Assembly (NCBI GenBank): GCA_030630005.1 | Contig: DAOVNY010000001.1 | Span: 1-36,369, forward strand | Source: Bacteroidales bacterium | GTDB lineage: Bacteria; Bacteroidota; Bacteroidia; Bacteroidales; JAIORY01 | Direction of reading: 5' to 3' | Length of the DNA: 36,369 bases | In this document: in pieces, positions 7,333 to 14,444 of the stretch | Numbering within the stretch: position 1 is the stretch's first letter | Layout: each line of letters opens with the position of its first letter | Program-made: the position numbers and the translations under genes | Notes under the pieces: generated by a model | Told to the model about the DNA's origin: nothing | Seen by the model: the letters and a program-made list of their open reading frames with translations, nothing else | Database searches by the model: none

Positions 7333-9706
7333 AAATATAGAAAGTGTAATATCATTGGAAGTAGAAAAGAATTCCAATTTAGAATTTTCTTTCCAAGAAT
7401 TATTGGACAGTTCAACTTTAAAAATACTCAGACCTCCATCTTATGGCAGTTTATCTATTTATGATAATGTAATTAGTTATGAGCCAAAACCTAATTATAC
7501 AGGAGAGGACTTTTTTACTTACACCAATGAAAAAGAGTTAAGGGGGATTATTGCTCTCACCATAAAAGATACCGTATTTAACCCAAGAGCAAGACTTCTA
7601 ATTCAGCTTGGAAATCAGTTAATTAAAAACGAAAGTATTGCACTAATTGAACTTGCTAAAAATTCTTTCGATGCGGATGCAAGTTATTGCAACGTAACTT
7701 TGAAGCATGTGGAAGATAAAAATTCGGGTATAATTATGGTGGAGGATAATGGTTTTGGAATGGATATAAAAACTGTTAAAGATGTTTGGCTTGAGCCAGG
7801 AAGCGATAATAAGCAAATCCTAGTTAAGAAAAAGGAGGTTACGCCAAAATATAAAAGACTACCAATTGGAGAAAAAGGTATTGGTCGGTTTGGAGTTCAT
7901 AAGTTAGGTAAGAAAATTGAAATGGTTTCCCGAGCGAAAGGAAGCAAAGAAGTTGTTGTTAGAATAGATTGGGAGAAATTTAAAAAATTTAAGTACTTAA
8001 ATGAAGCCCCTGTTGAAGTGTTAGAAAGAGAACCTAAAACTTTTACTGCTGATGCTACTGGAACAAAGATTACTATAAGTAAGCTCACAAAAAACTGGAC
8101 TAAAGGAATGACAAGGGATGTTTTTCGTGCGCTTAATGGAATTTCCACACCTCCTACCTATGATATAGAAGATATTATTAATCCTGACTTGTTTTCAAAA
8201 TTACAAAAAAATAAAATCGATAGTTTTGAAGCTAATCTTTTAACAGATAGATCTGATTGGATTAAAAATATTCCTTCATGGAATAAAATACTTGAATATT
8301 CTTTGTTCTTTTTTGATATAGAAATTGATAATGACAAAATTACAAGTTTTAAATACAAATTCAAACCATGGGATAGATTTAGTGGAATTGAAGGGAGAGA
8401 AATAACCCACAAAGATTTACCTATTAAAGATTTGCTTGATATTTCAGATCCAACAAAAAGAAAGTTCGTTCCGTTGACTTTTGAAGGATTGAAAATAGGT
8501 AAGTTTCAGTTTAAAGGTTGTGTTTTCATTCGTGATCGTTTCGTTTTTAAACTTTTTAACATTCAGCAAACATCACTTACTGGTTATTTGGATAATAACG
8601 GAGGTATTAGAGTATATCGAAACGGAGTGAGGGTTTATGACTACGGTGAAAGGGAAAATGACTGGTTAGCTCTTGATTATAGGAGGTTCAATGACCCTGG
8701 AGTTAGATTGAGTAATAATCTAATGCTAGCTTCTATAAATCTTAGTAGAGAGAATAGTTCTGATCTTATTGAAAAAACTAACAGGGAAGGTTTTATTGAT
8801 AATGATGCTTATAACGTATTCAAAAAACAAATTACTTATTCGTTAAAGCTAATCGAATTATTAAGGTTAGAGGATAAGCGAAAAATTGATAATAAATACA
8901 AACCCAGGAAAGACACTGAACCAGTTCTCAAATCAATTGAAGGATTAAGATCTCTGGTAAGTGAAAAAGTTAAGGATAAGAAAATTCAAAAAGAGTTAAA
9001 GGTATACGTAGATCGTATCGAGAAGAATTACCGTTTTATGAATGATACATTGATGAAGACTGCTAGTGCAGGATTAGGATGGAGTGTATATATTCACGAA
9101 ATAGAGAAGATTATTGCTGAGATAATTAAGGTTCTTGAAAGGGATAAAGCGTCTGAACGAATAATGAAATTAACGGCTCATTTATCTGAACTAATTGAAA
9201 GCTATGCACAGATTTTAAGGCGTACAACAAGGAGTAGTCAAACTTTGTCCAAGGTTGTTGATCAGGCATTGTTTAATGTTGAATATCGCTTAAATGCGCA
9301 CGGTGTTAAAATTGAACGTCCTGATCTACAAAGAAGTTCGGTTAAAGTTTCTGTAGCCAGAAACCTTTTGGTTTCAAACATTATGAACATAATTGATAAT
9401 TCGATTTATTGGCTAGATAGGTCTCAAAAGAAAAACAAAATAATTCGATTCGACATTGCAGAAATTGAAGTAGGATATATTTCTCTGGTAATCTCAGATA
9501 ATGGAACAGGTTTCTCACTATCACCGGAACAAATGAAAGAGCCATTTGTTTCTGCAAAACCTGGGGGAATGGGTTTAGGACTCCATATTGTTTCAGAAGT
9601 AATGGCAAGTCATAAAGGGAAAGTTACATTTAATGAGGATGGCAATTATGAAGTGCCGAAAGGTTTTGTTGATGGAGCAACAGTAATACTAAATTTTAAA
9701 ATTTAG
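7325..9706 (+). CDS. Dual GHKL-ATPase protein: N-terminal Hsp90/MORC-type ATPase + DHp-like H-box + C-terminal histidine-kinase-type catalytic domain
   Basis: The start overlaps the dcm stop by 8 nt. N-terminal GHKL: ELAKN113SFDADA, VED141NGFGMD, GEKGIGRFG (182-190). H-box-like GLGWSVYIH591EIEKII. C-terminal CA: NIIDN692SIYW, SD725NGTGF, G747GMGLGLHIV. aa ~35-80 resemble an Ig/cadherin-like stub (GSLSIYDNVISYEPKPNYTGEDFFTYT). Confidence 0.7.
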   Translation: MNKNIESVISLEVEKNSNLEFSFQELLDSSTLKILRPPSYGSLSIYDNVISYEPKPNYTGEDFFTYTNEKELRGIIALTIKDTVFNPRARLLIQLGNQLIKNESIALIELAKNSFDADASYCNVTLKHVEDKNSGIIMVEDNGFGMDIKTVKDVWLEPGSDNKQILVKKKEVTPKYKRLPIGEKGIGRFGVHKLGKKIEMVSRAKGSKEVVVRIDWEKFKKFKYLNEAPVEVLEREPKTFTADATGTKITISKLTKNWTKGMTRDVFRALNGISTPPTYDIEDIINPDLFSKLQKNKIDSFEANLLTDRSDWIKNIPSWNKILEYSLFFFDIEIDNDKITSFKYKFKPWDRFSGIEGREITHKDLPIKDLLDISDPTKRKFVPLTFEGLKIGKFQFKGCVFIRDRFVFKLFNIQQTSLTGYLDNNGGIRVYRNGVRVYDYGERENDWLALDYRRFNDPGVRLSNNLMLASINLSRENSSDLIEKTNREGFIDNDAYNVFKKQITYSLKLIELLRLEDKRKIDNKYKPRKDTEPVLKSIEGLRSLVSEKVKDKKIQKELKVYVDRIEKNYRFMNDTLMKTASAGLGWSVYIHEIEKIIAEIIKVLERDKASERIMKLTAHLSELIESYAQILRRTTRSSQTLSKVVDQALFNVEYRLNAHGVKIERPDLQRSSVKVSVARNLLVSNIMNIIDNSIYWLDRSQKKNKIIRFDIAEIEVGYISLVISDNGTGFSLSPEQMKEPFVSAKPGGMGLGLHIVSEVMASHKGKVTFNEDGNYEVPKGFVDGATVILNFKI

Positions 9707-9709
9707 CAT

Positions 9710-11116
9710 ATGATTATACCAAAAAATGGGCGAGTGGTAATATTAGATGACAAAAAGGAACAGGCTTTTCCATTAATTAATATTTTGTCAAAAAATAAAA
9801 TTCCTTTTACTTATCATTCTGATGACATAGAACTTTTGCCAGATGTGGATCAGCAATATGATGATATTAGACTTCTATTTTTGGATGTAAATCTTTCAGC
9901 TGATGGAACACCAAAAGAAACCATAAAATCACAATTACAGTCTACGCTACAAAGAATTATTAAACCGGGGACTCCGTATATAGCAGCAATATGGAGTTTG
10001 AAAGAAAATGAATATGAAGACCTATTAAATGATCTATTTCAAAATCGCATTCCGGAAATTCAGCCCTTACTAAGAATATCATTGACTAAAAATGATTTTT
10101 TCGATTTGGTAAAATTTGATGAAGGAAAAGAAAATGAAAGATATGAATATGTTGAATGTGATGTAATTATGGATAAGCTAAACAGTAAGATTTTCGAATC
10201 CTTAAATCAATTAGATGCTTTGGAACCATTGATTAAATGGGAAAATATTATTCAAAATTCAATTTCTTCTGTTATTAGTGACATAATTGAAATCTCAAAA
10301 AAAGACCTGAATAACAATCTTAAAAAAATTTATTACAAGTTAGCTCAAGCATACTGGGGTAAACAACTTAAATCAAAAAGTGACAGTGAAATAACTCAGA
10401 AAGCTCTGCAGAGTTTAAATAACATTTTGATAGATAAAATTGAAAGCGATCTAAGAAACAAAGGTGATTTTGCATTAATTAATTGTGTCAATTACCCTGT
10501 CGAATTTGATATTAATTTTACAGCAATATTAAATTGTAAATTGTTGCTATCAATTGATAATTCAACTGAAATAGTTCCTGGTAATTTATATCAAATTGAT
10601 AATGACGATGTAAAAAAGAAAATCATTGAAGATGCTGTAGATCGAAGTCGTTTCATAAAAGATTATTCTCATGAAAATGGATTTAATCATGAAGATGTCA
10701 TTGATAAAGAAGGAAAGATAATAGAAAAACATAAGAAGTCATTTCAGAAATTTTCATTTAGACAAATACCCAAACTTATTGAAAGGGTGAAGTATATTGA
10801 AATAGAATTAACACCTATATGCGATTTTTCACAAAATAACTGGGTGCAAAACCGAATTTTGCCTGGAGTTTTAATATGTGAAAATGATGTAAAGTATTTG
10901 AAAAGTAATACTGATTATTTCTATTTATCACCAAGTATTATGTACGATGATATAATAGTCAGAATAATGCTTGATTTTAGGTTTTTGAAAGCAGAACCTT
11001 TTGAAAAATTCAAAGGTGTACAATCTATTTTTCGTCTAAAGCACTTAATATTTTCCGATATTCAATCTCAGCTTTCAAGGCATATAAATAGGCCGGGGGT
11101 AGTTTATGTAAATTAA
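9710..11116 (+). CDS. Receiver (CheY-like REC) domain protein with an uncharacterised ~330-aa C-terminal domain
   Basis: It starts 3 nt after the upstream stop. RVVILD13D14, IRLLFLD59VNLSADG, YIAAIWS96 and LRISLTK127 reproduce the spacing of the CheY D12/D13/D57/T87/K109 residues. I recognise no motif in the rest of the protein. Confidence 0.5.
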   Translation: MIIPKNGRVVILDDKKEQAFPLINILSKNKIPFTYHSDDIELLPDVDQQYDDIRLLFLDVNLSADGTPKETIKSQLQSTLQRIIKPGTPYIAAIWSLKENEYEDLLNDLFQNRIPEIQPLLRISLTKNDFFDLVKFDEGKENERYEYVECDVIMDKLNSKIFESLNQLDALEPLIKWENIIQNSISSVISDIIEISKKDLNNNLKKIYYKLAQAYWGKQLKSKSDSEITQKALQSLNNILIDKIESDLRNKGDFALINCVNYPVEFDINFTAILNCKLLLSIDNSTEIVPGNLYQIDNDDVKKKIIEDAVDRSRFIKDYSHENGFNHEDVIDKEGKIIEKHKKSFQKFSFRQIPKLIERVKYIEIELTPICDFSQNNWVQNRILPGVLICENDVKYLKSNTDYFYLSPSIMYDDIIVRIMLDFRFLKAEPFEKFKGVQSIFRLKHLIFSDIQSQLSRHINRPGVVYVN

Positions 11117-11886
11117 TGATGGCAAAAAATAATTGGACAAAGAAAGAACATATTGTTGCATTCAATCTTTATTGTAAGATTCCATTCACTAAGATAAATG
11201 CAACTTATCCTCCTGTCAAAGAATTGGCTAAAATAATAGGCCGTTCAAACGGCTCTGTAGCCATGAAACTTGCCAATTTTGCAAGGCTTGATCCGGCTTT
11301 AAAAGCAAGAGATGTTTCTGGTTTAACACAAGGTGCAAAGGGAGAAGAAGTAGTTTGGGCTGAATTCAATGGAAACTGGGAGGAACTTGCTTGGCAAAGT
11401 GAAAAAATATTGGCTAGTTACAAAAATGAACCTATTGAGGTAACAACTGAAATTATTACAGATGATTTACCATCGGAAGGAAAAGAAAAAGAAGCAGTTG
11501 TTAAAACAAGAGTTAACCAATCATTTTTCAGAAAGACAATTCTGGCATCATATAATTACAGTTGTTGTATAACCGGTATTTCAATTCAGGAATTGCTTAT
11601 TGCAAGCCATATTATTCCATGGTCAGTGAATAAAGAAAGTAGAATGAATCCATCAAACGGTCTTTGTCTTAATTCACTCCACGACAAAGCATTTGATAAA
11701 GGATTGATAACAGTTACTCCTGACTACCGAATTAAATTATCAGAAGTTATTTTACATAATCGAAATACAGAAACTTCAGGATTCTTTTTACCATATGAAA
11801 ATAAACCTATTAGACTTCCGCAAAAGTTCTATCCGGAAAAGGAATTTCTCAAATGGCACAATAAAAATGTTTTCATTGACTCATAA
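11116..11886 (+). CDS. HNH endonuclease (HNH_2 / COG3183-type predicted restriction endonuclease)
   Basis: TAATG overlap with the upstream gene. The N-terminal region RSNGSVAMKLANFARLDP is typical of COG3183. The C-terminal region is QSFFRKTILASYNYSCCITG..LLIASH165IIPW..N181GLCLNSLH189DKAFDKGLI. Confidence 0.8.
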   Translation: MMAKNNWTKKEHIVAFNLYCKIPFTKINATYPPVKELAKIIGRSNGSVAMKLANFARLDPALKARDVSGLTQGAKGEEVVWAEFNGNWEELAWQSEKILASYKNEPIEVTTEIITDDLPSEGKEKEAVVKTRVNQSFFRKTILASYNYSCCITGISIQELLIASHIIPWSVNKESRMNPSNGLCLNSLHDKAFDKGLITVTPDYRIKLSEVILHNRNTETSGFFLPYENKPIRLPQKFYPEKEFLKWHNKNVFIDS

Positions 11887-11946
11887 ATTTTAAAATACTG
11901 TATATTAGCAATTTATTAATACATCTTAATAATCAAAGAAATTCAT

Positions 11947-11954
11947 TAATTTTG
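11947..11954 (+). promoter_or_regulatory. Candidate -7 promoter box TAATTTTG for the HAD gene
   Basis: Exact TAnnTTTG match 27 nt upstream of the ATG at 11981. This suggests the HAD gene is a separate transcription unit from the operon ending at 11886. Confidence 0.35.
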
Positions 11955-11980
11955 CTTTTTAAAAAATTAACATAAGAAAT

Positions 11981-12820
11981 ATGTCTTTAAAAATTGCCAT
12001 TGCATACGATTTTGACGGTACACTGTCGCCAGGCAATATGCAGGAACATTCATTTATTCCCAAACTAAGAATTAATAAAGATGCTTTTTGGAAGAAGGCA
12101 AATGCCAAAGCAAAGCAACAAGATATGGACGAAGTACTGGCATATATGCAACTAATGCTTCAAAAAGCCGATGAAAAAAATATTCCTATCACAAAAAAAG
12201 CTTTTTTTGATCATGGCAAAGAAATAGTTTTTTTTGAAGGTGTTTATAACTTTTTTAACAGGATAAATAAGTACGCAGCAGAAAGAAATGTCAAAATCGA
12301 ACATTATATAATTTCTTCGGGCATTAGAGATATTATTAAAGGAACATCCATAGCAAAATTTTTTACAAATATTTTTGCTTCCGGCTTTGTGTTTGATGCA
12401 AACGATGTGGCGGTATGGCCGGCTCTGGCAATCAATTATACTAATAAAACCCAATATCTTTTCAGAATAAATAAAGGAATTAATAATTCTTATGATAATA
12501 CTAAAATCAACAAATTTGTAGAGTACGACAAACGACCAATACCTTTTTCGCGTATGATTTACATCGGCGATGGAGAAACTGATGTGCCTGCTATGAAAAT
12601 GATAAAATATCGTGGCGGCACTGCAATTGCTGTTTACGATCCCAAAAAAGAAAAGAAAAATGATAAATTATCACCTAAACAAATCTGCGAAAAACTAATC
12701 GAACAACAACGGGCAGATTTTATAGCTTCTGCTGATTATACTAAAAATTCTAAGCTTGATAATATTATTAAAACTTTGATAAATAAAATTGTTGAAGAGG
12801 AAAAACTTAAGCTTTTTTAA
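11981..12820 (+). CDS. HAD-superfamily hydrolase/phosphatase
   Basis: Motif I AYDFDGTLS; motif II IISSG; motif IV YIGDGETDVPAM. Confidence 0.75.
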   Translation: MSLKIAIAYDFDGTLSPGNMQEHSFIPKLRINKDAFWKKANAKAKQQDMDEVLAYMQLMLQKADEKNIPITKKAFFDHGKEIVFFEGVYNFFNRINKYAAERNVKIEHYIISSGIRDIIKGTSIAKFFTNIFASGFVFDANDVAVWPALAINYTNKTQYLFRINKGINNSYDNTKINKFVEYDKRPIPFSRMIYIGDGETDVPAMKMIKYRGGTAIAVYDPKKEKKNDKLSPKQICEKLIEQQRADFIASADYTKNSKLDNIIKTLINKIVEEEKLKLF

Positions 12821-12852
12821 ATGGTTCTACTATAATTTTATTTTATCATTCT

Positions 12853-13018
12853 AACATTGAGTCCACTCCGAAAAGTCATTTGTTTTGGACTAAAGTCCAT
12901 AAACACCTAATAATCAATAGCCCCGACCTTAAGGTCGGGGTAAGTCAAATGGTTGATAATACGGGCTTTAGCCCAAAAGAAATTTAATTTATAGACTTTT
13001 CTGAGTGGACTCAACATT
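12853..13018. repeat. Structured palindromic element (MITE/REP-cluster-like or ncRNA): a long outer stem enclosing three short hairpins
   Basis: The outer arms TTGAGTCCACTCcGAAAAGTC (12857-12877) and GACTTTTCtGAGTGGACTCAA (12994-13014) form 21 bp with one mismatch. The inner hairpins are TGGACT-AA-AGTCCA (12886-12899), CCCCGACCTTAAGGTCGGGG (12921-12940, a perfect 20-nt palindrome) and GGGCT-TT-AGCCC (12963-12974). Confidence 0.7.
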
Positions 13019-13145
13019 TAATCATTCAATCATTTAATCATTTTAGCATTTATCAATGTTCCACTAAACTTGTAGTAGTAACAATTAATAATCATATCAA
13101 AAAGTCGTATAATATATATTATGTTAAGTCGTACTTTTAAATATA

Positions 13146-13178
13146 TAGGAGAGCATATTATTATACTCTCCTATTTTT
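13146..13178 (+). terminator. Rho-independent terminator-like hairpin
   Basis: TAGGAGAG (13146-13153) pairs with CTCTCCTA (13166-13173), followed by TTTTT on the plus strand. It sits between convergent units, 13 nt beyond the stop of the minus-strand TPR gene. Confidence 0.5.
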
Positions 13179-13190
13179 AGATATGATTTA

Positions 13191-14372
13191 TTATAAGTTC
13201 TTTAGTTTTTCTGAAACTTCATTATATTTTTCAACATTACCTCTTCTGGAGTAAATTTGTTTTAACGAGAACAAAGTGCTATAATCATCAGGCTGTAATT
13301 CGTAAGCTTTTTCAAGAATCGGAAGTGATTTATTCATAAAATCATCGCCTATATTTTTCAATTTATCGTAATTTTCATCACCAAAAGGTAATACATCAGC
13401 TTTAAGAATATTATTTACTCCTCTGTTAAAATATAATGCTCCAAGATTATAAATGGCATCAAAGAAATCAGACTGAAGTTCTATAGCTTTTTTATATGCT
13501 TTTTCCGCTTCTATAAATGCATCATCTTGTTCTTTTTCTGTTTTTATTGTATCATTAACAATTCTATCATACATAGAACCAACTGCGGAATATATTGAAG
13601 CATTTGTTGTATCGGTTTTAAGTGCTTGTTTCAAATTATCAAGGGCTTTTCCGGTTTCTCCTGCATTTAACAATAAGTTAGTTTCAGTAATTAAAATAGG
13701 AAAATCTTCAGGGTATCTCTCCCTACCTATTTGAATGTATTCCAATGCCTTAACAGAGTCACCTTCAACTTTATAATAATCAGTCAAGGTAATATACATT
13801 ACGGAATTATTGTAATTATAATCAATCAACATTGCATATCTTTTCTTTGCAAGATCATAATTTTTAGCTAATCCAGCAGAGATAGCCGAATTAAATAAGG
13901 CACCTGTATCAATATTTGTTTTTGATATGTCTTTATTTACTCCAAACGCATTGAAAAAATTAATAGAAGCATCGTTATATTCCTTTGCATTATAATATCT
14001 TACAGCTTTATTATAATATTGTTCTGCACAAGCTATTATTCTTGGTAAAATATCAGTAAGAAATCTACCTTTAGTATCAAGTTCGCGAGCTTTAATATAA
14101 GATGCAAGGGCTTTATCTATACATTCCGGATCGATATCCTTATATTTTTCGTTATCTGTCATAGCTATTTCAAGATAAATATTTCCCCTGTAATACCATG
14201 TTTTAGCATCGTTAATTGTTTTTTCATGCTTTGCAGCAGCATCTATACAATTTTTTGCTTTGTCTAATTTTCCATGACTTAAGTGGTTATATGCACTTGT
14301 TCTTTTTGAATTTTGTGCGAAAATTGAACCGGCTGTCATTAAAATGATCAATAAAATTGCAATTTTTTTCAT
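13191..14372 (-). CDS. Secreted tetratricopeptide-repeat (TPR) protein
   Basis: Signal peptide MKKIAILLIILMTAGSIFA. Repeated A/Y/N-rich TPR-like helices are present (YYRGNIYLE, AVRYYNAKEYNDA, YNLGALYFNRG). Confidence 0.7.
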   Translation of the reverse strand: MKKIAILLIILMTAGSIFAQNSKRTSAYNHLSHGKLDKAKNCIDAAAKHEKTINDAKTWYYRGNIYLEIAMTDNEKYKDIDPECIDKALASYIKARELDTKGRFLTDILPRIIACAEQYYNKAVRYYNAKEYNDASINFFNAFGVNKDISKTNIDTGALFNSAISAGLAKNYDLAKKRYAMLIDYNYNNSVMYITLTDYYKVEGDSVKALEYIQIGRERYPEDFPILITETNLLLNAGETGKALDNLKQALKTDTTNASIYSAVGSMYDRIVNDTIKTEKEQDDAFIEAEKAYKKAIELQSDFFDAIYNLGALYFNRGVNNILKADVLPFGDENYDKLKNIGDDFMNKSLPILEKAYELQPDDYSTLFSLKQIYSRRGNVEKYNEVSEKLKNL

Positions 14373-14444
14373 ATTTAATTATTTTTTTTGATTTTGTAAA
14401 TATTTTAATTATTCAATGTAAAATCTAAAAATACAGAAATTTAT

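Noticed and set aside
5462-11886. Classification of the operon as Detocs
   Set aside because: Detocs has a separate Hpt buffer protein and a receiver fused to a PNP-type (or similar) effector. No Hpt-like ORF or PNP domain is present here, and the operon is fused to dcm-vsr. Only the two-component logic is shared.
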